IMG/VR virus record: IMGVR_UViG_2684622652_000002
Length of the DNA: 64,000 bases
Reading direction: 5' to 3' (one strand)
Origin: an uncultured virus (IMG/VR IMGVR_UViG_2684622652_000002)
Taxonomy: Duplodnaviria; Heunggongvirae; Uroviricota; Caudoviricetes
The notes under the pieces were generated by a model. That model worked only from the letters and a program-made list of their open reading frames with translations, did no database searches and was not told the DNA's origin. Position numbers and translations under genes: made by a program. Below are positions 40,059-50,079 of this stretch, piece after piece. Each line of letters starts with the position of its first letter. Position 1 is the stretch's first letter.

Positions 40059-40380
40059 TTTAACGATGGGGAATAAAAAGATATTCCTGATGGATGTGGA
40101 CCCGTTCGCACACCGCACCCCTGATGCAACAGTAGACGAGTTTATCTACGAGCATGAGCTGGTGGAGGAAACAGAGGACAACTATCTGCTGATGGGCGTG
40201 GGCTACCCTGGCGATGTTGTTAGGTTTCCCCGCGAGCTGTATACGAGGCATGACACCCGCGAAGAGGCGCTTATCCATCTTGATCGCATTGTCCTGGACA
40301 TGATTCAGGAGCTGGAAGAGCGTACAAGCAAGCTGCAACACCTCATTAATGCCATTGATGTGGAATTTCGGAAACCGTAA
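40051..40380 (+). CDS. Acidic hypothetical protein
   Basis: Coupled ORF before pdcB. Confidence 0.65.
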   Translation: MSDLTMGNKKIFLMDVDPFAHRTPDATVDEFIYEHELVEETEDNYLLMGVGYPGDVVRFPRELYTRHDTREEALIHLDRIVLDMIQELEERTSKLQHLINAIDVEFRKP

Positions 40381-40391
40381 GTAGGACAAGA

Positions 40392-41426
40392 ATGAAAGCT
40401 GTCATCACACCCTTTGTCCAGAAAGAGTTAGGTCTGGCCACATTCAAAGTAGATGATGATGTTGCCCGCCTGGTTAGTTCTGGCCGTAAATTCATTATGG
40501 AACCTGTTGCGCGTGAGCTGGTGGATCACATGGAAGACGGGGTAATTCACACCGAGCAGTCTATGGCCGCCAACGAATCGTTACGCCCTTTCTTCATGAG
40601 CGAAGAACTTTTCCGGCGAATAGGCGGCATTGAGTCGTTGAAGGATTACCTCCGTAACAATGTGGCCTGCTGCCAGTCTCCCGATCGCGATTGGTGCGAC
40701 AACAAGCTGGCTTACACCGAACGCAATAACAGCGCCGTTGTACTGTGCTGGCACCACGACAACCATTACATGATGCGCGGCTTTGCTGAACTTGAAGAAA
40801 CGCTGTATCGAAACCGTGTGAACTGGATACTGGATAAGGCCCGGAGTGAGATGGGGCTACCCGACAGCCGGGACTTGAGCATTCAGGAACTTTGCTGGTG
40901 GGCCTTTATGCGTAACATGATAGAGGTGATGCCAGAAGAGGTATGTCGGATAGCGATCAACAAGCAAAAAGCCGCTGAAGAGCAGCCTGGACCAATGAAA
41001 GAGGCTGACATTAAGCCTTACGATGACAGGGCAATCGCCTACATCCGCATGATGGAAGAGAAGGCGGCGCCGATGCGTGAAAAAATCTGCCCTGTGGACA
41101 CAGATCCAGATCCGGGCATGGCTTACTACAAGAGACCAAAGCTCCAGTCGCTGAAATTACCTGATTACCTGGCGTTCGTATCATCTCGCCCATGCTGTGG
41201 CTGCGGGGCATCTGGCAATAATGCCCGGATAAGCCCGTTTCTGGTACAAAGTCGCCGCCTGTGCGCCCATGATATCTACGCGGTCCCGTTGTGCCACCAA
41301 TGCCAGACTGAAATAGCGCGCGACCGTACAGAATGGGAAAATAAACATGGGAAGCTGGTGGTTCATCAGCGTTTATTCTTTGACTACGCGCTGGGAATCG
41401 GCGCTATCACAAGTCATTCGTCGTAA
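40392..41426 (+). CDS. pdcB: PdcB / DUF968-family protein
   Basis: LCWHHDN, ELCWWA, PCCGCG, PLCHQC; precedes lpa. Confidence 0.78.
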   Translation: MKAVITPFVQKELGLATFKVDDDVARLVSSGRKFIMEPVARELVDHMEDGVIHTEQSMAANESLRPFFMSEELFRRIGGIESLKDYLRNNVACCQSPDRDWCDNKLAYTERNNSAVVLCWHHDNHYMMRGFAELEETLYRNRVNWILDKARSEMGLPDSRDLSIQELCWWAFMRNMIEVMPEEVCRIAINKQKAAEEQPGPMKEADIKPYDDRAIAYIRMMEEKAAPMREKICPVDTDPDPGMAYYKRPKLQSLKLPDYLAFVSSRPCCGCGASGNNARISPFLVQSRRLCAHDIYAVPLCHQCQTEIARDRTEWENKHGKLVVHQRLFFDYALGIGAITSHSS

Positions 41427-41436
41427 GTTAATCATT

Positions 41437-41453
41437 ATTGTTCTAATATATTG
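41437..41453 (+). promoter_or_regulatory. C1 operator upstream of lpa
   Basis: ATTGTTCTAATATATTG. Confidence 0.7.
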
Positions 41454-41522
41454 CTATTTCTATAAACCAGGTTATCATGTGTTCATTAGCTGAGGGGAAT
41501 ACTCGACTAATAAAGTGACAGG

Positions 41523-41972
41523 ATGTTACTTAACTGGCAGGGACGCCAACACATGAGCCGAAATCGAAACACACGTATTACATCGTATGAGATTGCGGAA
41601 TACATGATCCGCACTAAAGCATTGCTTTCCGCCAAAGAACTGGCAGCCATACTGGCAAAAGAATATCCCCATCTTGATATTAATACCCGTGACGTATACC
41701 TGCGCCTGAAATCAATATCAGTATCCCGACACTCCTCAGTATGGGTGGATGAGAGCAGCCGCCCGCGCAAATTCCGTATCCACTCGCTGAATCCTGAATT
41801 TTTCCGCCGCAGCCGGGCACCGCGCCGCTATGGTGATGACATAAAAAATGTGCTGCATATGACGAATGACGAAAAGGAGCGCCGGGAGCATAAGTTGTGG
41901 GTTATGGCCCGCCAGCTATTTAACACTATCGCCCGCCAGCACCGACAACATAATCACTCCCTTTCCCATTGA
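41523..41972 (+). CDS. lpa: Late promoter activator
   Basis: MLLNWQGR...RITSYEIAEYMIRTK as in P1 Lpa; precedes pacA. Confidence 0.9.
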   Translation: MLLNWQGRQHMSRNRNTRITSYEIAEYMIRTKALLSAKELAAILAKEYPHLDINTRDVYLRLKSISVSRHSSVWVDESSRPRKFRIHSLNPEFFRRSRAPRRYGDDIKNVLHMTNDEKERREHKLWVMARQLFNTIARQHRQHNHSLSH

Positions 41973-42027
41973 TTGACCATGCTACTCTCCATGTACGGCC
42001 CAGAACTTCAGTTCCGGGCCTTTTAAC

Positions 42028-42046
42028 GTGTGACTTGCGCTACCCT
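42028..42046 (+). promoter_or_regulatory. Lpa-type late promoter for pacAB
   Basis: GTGTGACTT-N4-TACCCT after a terminator-like hairpin. Confidence 0.65.
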
Positions 42047-42081
42047 CGCCAGAAAGAGTTTTACACGCAAGGAATGCATGA

Positions 42082-43269
42082 GTGACCTGGGACGAGCACA
42101 AAGCGAATTTTGCCAGGCTGGCGCGCGATGGTGGCTATACCATCGCTCAGTACGCCGCCGAGTTTAATCTGAACCCCAATACAGCCCGCCGGTATCTACG
42201 CGCATTTAAGGATAGCGGCACAGGCCCGGACGGCATTAAGCCAAATAAGCCGGTGCGGGCGCCTGCCAACAAGTCAAGGAATGATCAAAAAAGCGATCAA
42301 AATAAATGTGATCACTCTTTTGATAAAAGACATTCAAAACAGAAAGATAGCAGCGTGATCAGGGGCGCGCTGGCGCAAGCCCGCGCCCAAAAGCAGAAAC
42401 TTGATGATCGATTGAGTGATCATGAGGTGATCACCCGCGCCAAGAGATCACTCAAGGACAAGCTGGAACGTGATCGGCTTACTGATGACGGAGAACGCTT
42501 TGAGTTTGAACCTGCTGACTACCAGATAGACAACCATGAAGCCCGCCGGGAAGCGAGAGCTATGTTGCGACGTTCCGGCGCCGATGCGCTTGAAGCGGCC
42601 TTGCTGGAGAAAACGCTGTCACATCTCCTTATGCTGGAGAACGCTCGCGACGTTTGTATCCAGTTGGTACATCAGATCCAGGCCGATAAGAAAGACGATG
42701 ACACCCCTGTAGAGTACCGCATTGCCAGCATGTTGAATAACTGCACCGCGCAAATCAGCAGCCTGGTGAACACTATATTCACTATCCGTAATAACTACCG
42801 GAAAGAGAACCGCGAAGCCGAGAAACATGCACAAACAATGGGGCAGACTGGCATTGTGCAGCTGGCGTACCAGCGACGCCGGGAACTTGGCTGGAATGCA
42901 CAGGAAACTGCCGAATTTATCGAATCACAGGGAGGTAAAGTACCCCCGTTGTTGATGGAGAAGATCCGCGCCGAGTTGCGTAACCCCAAACCAGAAACGC
43001 CAGACCCAGCCGAACAAACCGCTACCGGCACCCCATCTCTTGCAGATCTCGACAGAGAGGCCCGCGAGCGGGCCGCCAGCCGCCGCATTGATTCTTCATT
43101 ATGGATTGAGCAACGAAGGGAAGAAATCGCCGATATCGTTGATACAGGCGGCTATGGTGATGTTGATGCTGATGGCATATCAAATGACCCGTGGATGGAA
43201 CAGGATTTAGACGAAGACGAGGAGGAGGACGAGGAAGTAACCCGTAAACTGTACGGAGATGATGACTGA
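42082..43269 (+). CDS. pacA: Terminase small subunit
   Basis: [28 protein letters not shown]; acidic tail. Confidence 0.92.
   Translation: MTWDEHKANFARLARDGGYTIAQYAAEFNLNPNTARRYLRAFKDSGTGPDGIKPNKPVRAPANKSRNDQKSDQNKCDHSFDKRHSKQKDSSVIRGALAQARAQKQKLDDRLSDHEVITRAKRSLKDKLERDRLTDDGERFEFEPADYQIDNHEARREARAMLRRSGADALEAALLEKTLSHLLMLENARDVCIQLVHQIQADKKDDDTPVEYRIASMLNNCTAQISSLVNTIFTIRNNYRKENREAEKHAQTMGQTGIVQLAYQRRRELGWNAQETAEFIESQGGKVPPLLMEKIRAELRNPKPETPDPAEQTATGTPSLADLDREARERAASRRIDSSLWIEQRREEIADIVDTGGYGDVDADGISNDPWMEQDLDEDEEEDEEVTRKLYGDDD
42282..42476. other. pac site: cluster of Dam-methylatable TGATCA/G-type hexamers inside pacA
   Basis: GATC hexamers at 42282, 42294, 42309, 42356, 42405, 42417, 42428, 42445 and 42471. 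Confidence 0.82.
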
Positions 43270-44753
43270 TGGCCCGCAGTTGTATAACGGACCCTCGCTG
43301 GCGAGAGCTGGTGGCGCAATATCGTTATGACTGGATAGCCGCCGCCGATGTTATGTTCGGGAAAACCCCCACCTGGCAGCAGGACCAGATCATTGAGTCT
43401 GCGCAGGAGCCTGGCAGCAAAACGTCTGTATCGTCTGGTCACGGTACGGGTAAGTCGGATATGACCTCTATCATGATCATACTCTTCATCATCATGTTCC
43501 CCGGCGCCCGTGCAATCATCGTTGCGAACAAGATACAGCAGGTTATGACCGGGATCTTTAAGTACCTGAAGATTAACTGGTCCACAGCCACCAGCAGATT
43601 CCCCTGGTTGGCCGAGTATTTTGTACTAACCGATACCTCGTTCTATGAAATTACCAGTAAAGGCGTCTGGACTGTTGTACCGAAAGGTTTTCGCCTGGGC
43701 AATGAGGAAGCGCTGGCTGGTGAACACGCCGACCATCTCCTCTACATTATCGATGAAGCATCCGGTGTGAGTGATAAGGCGTTCGGGATTATGACGGGCG
43801 CTCTTACCGGCAAAGATAACCGCATTCTTTTGCTTTCTCAGCCAACACGTCCCAGCGGATATTTCTACGATACGCACCATAAACTGGCCAAGCGGCCTGG
43901 GAACCCTAACGGCATCTATACGGCCATTACGCTAAATAGCGAAGAATCGCCGCTTGTAACGCCAGAGTTCATTAAGATGAAACTGGCGGAATACGGCGGC
44001 CGCGATAGCCCGATGTATCTGATCAAGGTTCGTGGTCTGTTCCCGAAAACTCAGGATGGCTTCCTGCTGGGCAGTGATGAGGTTGAGCGCGCCTCGCGTC
44101 GTAAGGTGAAGATAGCTAAAGGCTGGGGCTGGATCGCGTGTGTGGACGTCGCTGGTGGCACAGGGCGCGATAAATCAGTTATCAACATAATGATGGTATC
44201 TGGCGAGCGTAATAAGCGTCGTATCATTGGTTATCGCATCATTGAGTATTCTGATGTTACAGAGACACAACTGGCCGCCAAAATTAACGCGGAATGCAGT
44301 CCTGATCGTTATCCAAACATTACGATAGTGATTGACGGCGATGGACTGGGGAAATCTACCGCAGATTTGTTGTACGACAATTATGGAATCACTGCGCAGC
44401 GCATTCGTTGGGGCAAAAAAATGCACAGTCGGGAGGACCGCAGCCTTTACTTTGATCAGCGCGCCTATGCAAACGTACAGGCCGCAGAAGCGGTCAAATC
44501 AGGACGTATGCGACTGGATAAGGGCGATGCAACTATTGAGGAGGCCTCTAAGATCCCGGTAGGGATTAATTCAGCCGGCCAATGGAAAGTAATGAGTAAA
44601 GAGGATATGAAAAAGAAACTCAACCTGCGTTCCCCTGACCATTGGGATACCTATTGTTTCGGAATGCTGGCAAACTATGTACCCCAAAACGAAGTGCTCA
44701 GTGTTGAGGATGAGGCGCAGGTTGATGAGGCGCTGGCATGGCTTAATGAATAA
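43269..44753 (+). CDS. pacB: Terminase large subunit
   Basis: Walker A SGHGTGKS, Walker B IIDEA, nuclease DVAGG; 494 aa. Confidence 0.95.
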   Translation: MARSCITDPRWRELVAQYRYDWIAAADVMFGKTPTWQQDQIIESAQEPGSKTSVSSGHGTGKSDMTSIMIILFIIMFPGARAIIVANKIQQVMTGIFKYLKINWSTATSRFPWLAEYFVLTDTSFYEITSKGVWTVVPKGFRLGNEEALAGEHADHLLYIIDEASGVSDKAFGIMTGALTGKDNRILLLSQPTRPSGYFYDTHHKLAKRPGNPNGIYTAITLNSEESPLVTPEFIKMKLAEYGGRDSPMYLIKVRGLFPKTQDGFLLGSDEVERASRRKVKIAKGWGWIACVDVAGGTGRDKSVINIMMVSGERNKRRIIGYRIIEYSDVTETQLAAKINAECSPDRYPNITIVIDGDGLGKSTADLLYDNYGITAQRIRWGKKMHSREDRSLYFDQRAYANVQAAEAVKSGRMRLDKGDATIEEASKIPVGINSAGQWKVMSKEDMKKKLNLRSPDHWDTYCFGMLANYVPQNEVLSVEDEAQVDEALAWLNE

Positions 44754-44779
44754 CGTTATTTACCCCACCAGCTATGAAT

Positions 44780-45631
44780 TTATTTAGAACTTTCGGGATT
44801 ATCATTCACTGGTGATCCCTTTTTAGTATTACGGGTACGGGTTGTTGATGCCGCAGACAGAGCTTTTTTATCCTCCCGGATGCGAGCAAGATTACCTTTA
44901 ACATCTTCTATGTCTTTTAATCTGTAAATCTTGGCCTGTGGCCAGCGGTCACAAATAATAGGCTCAATTGAATCATATAAGCTGAATTTTTCTTTCTCAA
45001 ATTCTGGGCCAATGGACAAGCCATCCCTCAATGTCTCATCACAGATAAACACCCCGCATAACGGGACATGGTAAGGGACGGACTTACCGCCGTTGTAGTT
45101 GGGGCTGGTGGAAATGTAATGCACACGCAACATCGTTTCGTTGAAGCCGTGAATACGCATTCTGAATTTTTCTTCGTCAGGGAATTTTTCCATCAACCTT
45201 TTTGTGCGCTCCAGATTACCTATATAGCGCCTACTCCACTCGGTTATATCGCCGGCCTTCTGAATACGTATATCTTTATCCAGCAAATGAATAATTCGTT
45301 TTGCTGTCATATTCACGCTATTTATGGCTTCAGTCTGGTAAGTGGTGGCTTTCCTTACCCCACGTAAAATATTAGGGACGGGATAAAGGATTGTTCTGGG
45401 AACGTTTAAATCCGGGTATTGTTCCAGCTCTTTGGCCATAGCCGTCCATTTGTCTATATCCGCCTGAATACGGTCCGTTTCTTTGAACGGTAATACCACT
45501 ACAGGACGAACAAAACGCCCGTCGCTGGCTTTGTCGACGTGTTGAGCGCGGGCAACGGCATTGGCAAGAAAGAGATCCCTAAATTTGACGAACTCCCTGT
45601 ACAATTGCTCGCCATAAACATAATTGACCAT
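44780..45631 (-). CDS. c1: Primary repressor C1
   Basis: MVNYVYGEQLYREFV start; 283 aa like P1 C1. Confidence 0.95.
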   Translation of the reverse strand: MVNYVYGEQLYREFVKFRDLFLANAVARAQHVDKASDGRFVRPVVVLPFKETDRIQADIDKWTAMAKELEQYPDLNVPRTILYPVPNILRGVRKATTYQTEAINSVNMTAKRIIHLLDKDIRIQKAGDITEWSRRYIGNLERTKRLMEKFPDEEKFRMRIHGFNETMLRVHYISTSPNYNGGKSVPYHVPLCGVFICDETLRDGLSIGPEFEKEKFSLYDSIEPIICDRWPQAKIYRLKDIEDVKGNLARIREDKKALSAASTTRTRNTKKGSPVNDNPESSK

Positions 45632-45723
45632 AGAGGCTCCTCCGAAATGTATACGAGTCACACCCCCGGCTCACGTTTGCTGGGGGTGCATACACCATTA
45701 TAAGAGGATTGTTTAAAAAAAAT

Positions 45724-45740
45724 AGATTTATTAGAGCACT
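45724..45740 (-). promoter_or_regulatory. C1 operator upstream of c1
   Basis: Minus strand AGTGCTCTAATAAATCT. Confidence 0.78.
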
Positions 45741-45949
45741 TAGGAGGATTCTGTGAGGATCAGATAGATTAAATAATCTACAGAGTCAATGAGATCAAGC
45801 ACTTCATCAACAGTGACCCTATGCTCTTGATTGGAGAGCTTTAGATGGTGTTCGGTAACGGCGCGCGCAGCGTCTGGAGAGGTAAGATCGAGAGACAATT
45901 CGTTAGAATAATTCTTAACGTCGTCTACGGTGGGAGCGATAAAAGCCAT
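45740..45949 (-). CDS. coi: C1 inactivator Coi
   Basis: 69-aa acidic protein; MAFIAPTVDDV...DAARAVTEH like P1 Coi. Confidence 0.88.
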   Translation of the reverse strand: MAFIAPTVDDVKNYSNELSLDLTSPDAARAVTEHHLKLSNQEHRVTVDEVLDLIDSVDYLIYLILTESS

Positions 45950-46200
45950 CTGTTTTTCCCTACTAAAGTCGCACTACACAGAGCACCAAAATGGTACGCC
46001 ATGATTTTCCAAGGGGTTTACTCAGCCTTCCCGTACAACCAGTACCGTGGACTACGCGGCGCGCGCTACCTCGTTTGCCCTTCTGACCCCATTAACAAAA
46101 AGGCGCGTGTGACGGCGGCAAAGTTAACGGAAGACTTCTTCTAACTGCTATTGCTGTCAGTGTCATGGCGACCGCCTTCCGAACTGAAACAGCAACAGAT

Positions 46201-46326
46201 ATTGTGGCGCCGGGATTTGAACCCGGATAACGTCTAACCAGCCGCATGAGATAATCAGGTAACGATCCCTGAATTCCCCACCTCCCCAGACAAGGGGCGC
46301 TCTCCCCAATTGAGCTACACCACAAC
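46201..46326 (-). ncRNA. tRNA-like RNA with an expanded variable region; no canonical anticodon arm, no CCA
   Basis: Acceptor TGTGGTG/CGCCACA; D arm GCTC-AATTGGGGA-GAGC; T arm CCGGG-TTCAAAT-CCCGG; about 57 nt inserted. Confidence 0.7.
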
Positions 46327-46412
46327 GGTGAGAGCACTGATACGGAGGACTGCGTGCCTCCGGATCGACTTGCGGCTTGTGTGCATGCCCGCTCATCGCC
46401 AATGCTCTTACC
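46327..46412 (-). ncRNA. Stem-loop module with conserved GGTAAGAGCATTG / CAGTGCTCT arms
   Basis: Same arms as the modules at 62448-62530 and 62901-62972. Confidence 0.6.
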
Positions 46413-46473
46413 GTTATAGCCAGTATCAAGCGCCACACCATTACTGGTGTTGAGCGAGTCCATTTTCGGACGA

Positions 46474-46502
46474 AAGCTATAATTTATTAGAACAATTGTC
46501 AA
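46474..46502 (-). promoter_or_regulatory. C1-controlled promoter for the ncRNA cassette and coi
   Basis: Minus strand TTGACA-17-TAGCTT with operator ATTGTTCTAATAAATTA (46480-46496) in the spacer. Confidence 0.75.
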
Positions 46503-46563
46503 ATAATGACAACATTTGGCAGGCCTCTTTCTGACCCAAAGCACATAAACATCACTTTTCAAT

Positions 46564-46580
46564 ATTGCTCTAATAATTTT
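46564..46580 (+). promoter_or_regulatory. C1 operator
   Basis: ATTGCTCTAATAATTTT. Confidence 0.8.
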
Positions 46581-46623
46581 AATTGATTTAAACAAGCTTC
46601 AGAGATTACACTAAAAGCATCAG

Positions 46624-46657
46624 ATAACTTCGTATAACACACATTATACGAAGTTAT
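46624..46657. other. lox recombination site with variant spacer
   Basis: ATAACTTCGTATA-ACACACAT-TATACGAAGTTAT; arms identical to loxP. Confidence 0.97.
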
Positions 46658-46685
46658 TGATAACCTCCTTGAACATGATCAATAA

Positions 46686-46705
46686 TACTGTAAATCCATA
46701 CAGGG
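46686..46705 (+). promoter_or_regulatory. LexA (SOS) box downstream of lox
   Basis: TACTGTAAATCCATACAGGG (CTG-N10-CAG), with three TGATCA sites nearby. Confidence 0.72.
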
Positions 46706-46844
46706 TAAAGACTTGGGAGGACAAAATGTGATCACTTAGAACGTTGATCACTGGTGCGCTACGTAAAATCTGCCGGGGAAACCATCGCGAGATGCCCCAG
46801 AATTCACGTAGCGCAAGGGAAAAACCAATCAATCAGGCAACCAC

Positions 46845-47051
46845 ATGATGGACAAGCAAAAACGTAAAGAGATTCTTCAAATAGCCGTTGATTCACTCCG
46901 CGCTGCGGAATACGTACTCGGCCAGCTCGCTGACTCATACACCGAAGAACGCGACGGTAAATTCAGCGCCTGTCACCCCAAAAGCTCTTTTGAATCGTCT
47001 TTAGGACAAGTAACCCGTCTGCGTAAATCACTGGTGAAAGCCAAAGTCTAA
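46845..47051 (+). CDS. Hypothetical protein (68 aa)
   Basis: ORF after a hairpin and CCAATCAATC leader. Confidence 0.6.
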   Translation: MMDKQKRKEILQIAVDSLRAAEYVLGQLADSYTEERDGKFSACHPKSSFESSLGQVTRLRKSLVKAKV

Positions 47052-47094
47052 AATCTCCGCCAACCAATCAATCAATCAAAATCAGAGGCATAAA

Positions 47095-48165
47095 ATGGCT
47101 CAAATCAAAAGAAGTGGTGAGATCCGTCTGGGGGATGCCCGGATGTGCATTCAGGAAAACCCAGGGCATGTAGACGATGCCTATGAGCGCGGCTTCAAGC
47201 GTGAAGTTTTCCGTCGCATCATCCAGACGCTCAATCGTCTTGGATGGCTTGTTGTGATCCCACAGGACAAAATCGAGCAATATAGCGCGAGCTTCGCACG
47301 GCAATTCCGTTACTGCACAAAAGGCGACCTGAAAGCAGATCTGAAGCTATGCGGTCGCTGTATTGAACTGGGGTTTTTCCAGAACGTCAACGCACCGGAC
47401 CGCCCGGATAACGAGGGCCGATACCAGTACGATAAAGAAAAGCACATGCCTTATTTGCTGCGAATGGAAATGCTGCGTACCCGTAACAGAATAGTGACCT
47501 ACCTGTCCAACGTTTTCGACGGTTATCAAGTGGCCGAACAAAGTCCGGGCTGGAGAGACATTGGCCCCGGCAAGATGACAAATATGGACGTAATCAAAGC
47601 TAACTATTCCACATCCTGGCATTTTGATGGTAACTGGCAAGCTTATCTGGAAAAAAATCCTTATATGCATACCAGCAACTACCGCGAATCAGCAGAAAAA
47701 GTTCTGCTTGAACCAGGTATGCGCGTCTGGTGGTTCGACCACAAAGGACGCATCATGACCGGCACAGCCTGGTATCACATCAACAATATGTGGTATGTAA
47801 CGTGGGGTCACTATGGCATAGATAACATTGCCAGCTTTGATCTGCATACCAGCCTTCCTGAAAGACCTCGCATGAAACGCAACGACCGCCGGCGCCGCCA
47901 AAAACTTGAAGAATTGCTGGGAGATGCTGTAACCAGAATGGACTACCTGCGCGCCCACCAGTTAAAGCAAATACTCTATCCGGACAATGAACCACTTTAC
48001 CGACTGTTCCATACTGGCCACCAGCTCTATCACCGCCCAGAGTTTAATGGCTACACGAAAGATCCAAACTACGCCGGTAAGTTCCGCCGTAGTGAAGTAG
48101 AGAGTTTCAATCCTCACGAAAACCGTATGGAGCTGGTGGGCGACGAACAGGAGGTTGCCGTATGA
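47095..48165 (+). CDS. Hypothetical protein (356 aa) between lox and cra-cre
   Basis: GAGG RBS; long ORF coupled to the next gene. Confidence 0.8.
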   Translation: MAQIKRSGEIRLGDARMCIQENPGHVDDAYERGFKREVFRRIIQTLNRLGWLVVIPQDKIEQYSASFARQFRYCTKGDLKADLKLCGRCIELGFFQNVNAPDRPDNEGRYQYDKEKHMPYLLRMEMLRTRNRIVTYLSNVFDGYQVAEQSPGWRDIGPGKMTNMDVIKANYSTSWHFDGNWQAYLEKNPYMHTSNYRESAEKVLLEPGMRVWWFDHKGRIMTGTAWYHINNMWYVTWGHYGIDNIASFDLHTSLPERPRMKRNDRRRRQKLEELLGDAVTRMDYLRAHQLKQILYPDNEPLYRLFHTGHQLYHRPEFNGYTKDPNYAGKFRRSEVESFNPHENRMELVGDEQEVAV

Positions 48166-48377
48166 AGCCAAACATAGTTGCGACTAATCTTGAACTGGAG
48201 AAAAATCGTGGTTACTGGCGCGCTAAAGGATTCGAGCGTAAAGCCTGTGAACCCTGTCTGACGCGTGGTGATGAGACAATTAAGCGTGACCGTGGCTGTT
48301 GGTGCTTGTACGACATCACCAGGGGGCGAGTAAAAGCCGAACCAATCCTGTACACTTTGCTGAAAACTATAATCTGA
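48162..48377 (+). CDS. cra: Cre-associated protein
   Basis: 71 aa immediately upstream of cre. Confidence 0.6.
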   Translation: MKPNIVATNLELEKNRGYWRAKGFERKACEPCLTRGDETIKRDRGCWCLYDITRGRVKAEPILYTLLKTII

Positions 48378-48384
48378 GCAGACA

Positions 48385-49413
48385 ATGACCAATTCGTTAA
48401 CCGTTCATCAAAATTTACCGGCGTTACCTGTTGAGTCTGTCAACGAAGAGGTTCGTCGAAACCTGAATGCGATGTTCCGTGATAAAGAGGCGTTTTCCGA
48501 ACACACCTGGAAAATGCTGATGTCAGTTTGCCGTTCATGGGCTGAATGGTGTTCGGTTAACGGCTATACCTGGTTCCCGGCACACCCGGAAAATGTGCGT
48601 GACTATTTACTCGGATTGCAGGCGCGCGGACTGGCGGTTAAGTCGATAGAGCAACATATTGCTCAACTGAACATGCTGCATAAACGATCTGGCTTGCCAC
48701 GCCCAAGCGACAGTATGGCCGTCTCCCTTGTTATGCGCCGGATACGAAAGGAAAACGTGGATGCCGGCGAGCGGGCTAAACAGGCGCTAGCATTTGAGCG
48801 CCGGGATTTTCAAACGGTCCGCTCTCTCCTCATAGAAAGTGAGCGTATCATTGATATTCGCAACCTGGCATTCCTGGGGCTGGCATATAACACCCTGTTA
48901 CGCATAGCCGAAATTACCCGCATCCGCGTTAAAGATATTTCGCGTACCGAAGGTGGGCGAATGCTGATCCGCATTGGACGGACAAAAACGCTTGTCAGCA
49001 CCGCCGGTATAGAGAAAGCGCTAAGCCTTGATGTAACGTATCTGGTAGACCGATGGATCACGGCCTCCGGCGTAGGAGAAGACCCGGATAATTACCTGTT
49101 CTGCCGCGTACGTAAAAATGGCGTAGCAGTCCCATCATCCACCAGCAAACTGACAACGCGATCGCTGGAACATATCTTCGAGGCAGCACACTACAAAGTT
49201 TATGGTGCAAAAGATGCATCCGGCGAACGCTATCTGGCGTGGTCAGGGCACAGTGCCCGTGTAGGCGCTGCGCGTGACATGGCCCGCGCCGGTGTTGGCG
49301 TGCCGGAAATTATGCAAGCTGGTGGCTGGACTAACGTCGAAATAGTTATGAGCTATATCCGTAATCTGGACAGTGAAACAGGCGCTATGGTCCGCCTGCT
49401 GGAGGAAACCTAA
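48385..49413 (+). CDS. cre: Cre tyrosine recombinase
   Basis: MTNSLTVHQNLPALPV, YNTLLRIAEI, WSGHSARVGAARDM, MSYIRNLDSETGAM. Confidence 0.98.
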   Translation: MTNSLTVHQNLPALPVESVNEEVRRNLNAMFRDKEAFSEHTWKMLMSVCRSWAEWCSVNGYTWFPAHPENVRDYLLGLQARGLAVKSIEQHIAQLNMLHKRSGLPRPSDSMAVSLVMRRIRKENVDAGERAKQALAFERRDFQTVRSLLIESERIIDIRNLAFLGLAYNTLLRIAEITRIRVKDISRTEGGRMLIRIGRTKTLVSTAGIEKALSLDVTYLVDRWITASGVGEDPDNYLFCRVRKNGVAVPSSTSKLTTRSLEHIFEAAHYKVYGAKDASGERYLAWSGHSARVGAARDMARAGVGVPEIMQAGGWTNVEIVMSYIRNLDSETGAMVRLLEET

Positions 49414-49456
49414 AGAAAGCAAATTATTAATGACAGGTGCCAAAATCATGATTATG

Positions 49457-49473
49457 ATTGCTCTAATAATTTT
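49457..49473 (+). promoter_or_regulatory. C1 operator
   Basis: ATTGCTCTAATAATTTT. Confidence 0.8.
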
Positions 49474-49492
49474 ATTATTTTGACCGGCAAAG

Positions 49493-49810
49493 ATGATAAA
49501 GCGGACCTTCAACATAGATGGGGAAACGGTATACCTGGTGGCAAGCCAGGCAAACGGAAACCCCGTTGTCATTGTCGGTCTGCGGTTATCTGACAACATG
49601 CCAGATCTCGCCAGTATAACAGTGGAATTCCCCATGAAGAGCCTGTGCAGCGCGGAAGCCTTCGTGAGCAATGCTACTGATGAAACTGCCCGCCGGGGGC
49701 TTGATAAGCTGAAAGCGGAATATGGGGAACTAATCAGCATGGTTAACGACTGCCTGAGCCGTAGTACGACACAATCGCGGCTGATGTCCACGCGAGGGAA
49801 AATACGATGA
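49493..49810 (+). CDS. Hypothetical protein
   Basis: 105-aa ORF after the operator. Confidence 0.65.
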   Translation: MIKRTFNIDGETVYLVASQANGNPVVIVGLRLSDNMPDLASITVEFPMKSLCSAEAFVSNATDETARRGLDKLKAEYGELISMVNDCLSRSTTQSRLMSTRGKIR

Positions 49811-49965
49811 GAAGGATTGCTGTAGCGCTGGTAGGTCTGGTGATCGGCTGGCACATCTGGAACGTTTTTCAGGACTACAATGCGGATAAAGCAGGCGTTT
49901 TTGTTCTAATCATTTTGGCTTTATCTGCGCTGGTGGCGCTTTATCGCACTGGAGATAAAGACTAA
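49807..49965 (+). CDS. Small membrane protein (52 aa)
   Basis: ATGA overlap, GAGG RBS, two hydrophobic segments. Confidence 0.55.
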   Translation: MRRIAVALVGLVIGWHIWNVFQDYNADKAGVFVLIILALSALVALYRTGDKD

Positions 49966-50079
49966 AAGAAAAAGCCCAGCTTTCGCCGGGCTGCACTATG
50001 GATGCAAGGATCTCTCCATGCAAACCAATCAATCGCGAATGAGTATATCACATCATTCGCCCGTAACAGGAAAATCAAA

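Noticed and set aside
46201..46326. Functional tRNA gene
   Set aside because: The anticodon arm is 4 bp with a 6-nt loop, there is a large insertion and no CCA; kept as a tRNA-like ncRNA instead
46092..46595. 167-aa and 92-aa minus-strand ORFs
   Set aside because: They run through the promoter, operators and tRNA-like structure, with no coding signature
49493..49810. P1 c8
   Set aside because: The position after cre fits but I cannot recognise sequence similarity, so no symbol was assigned
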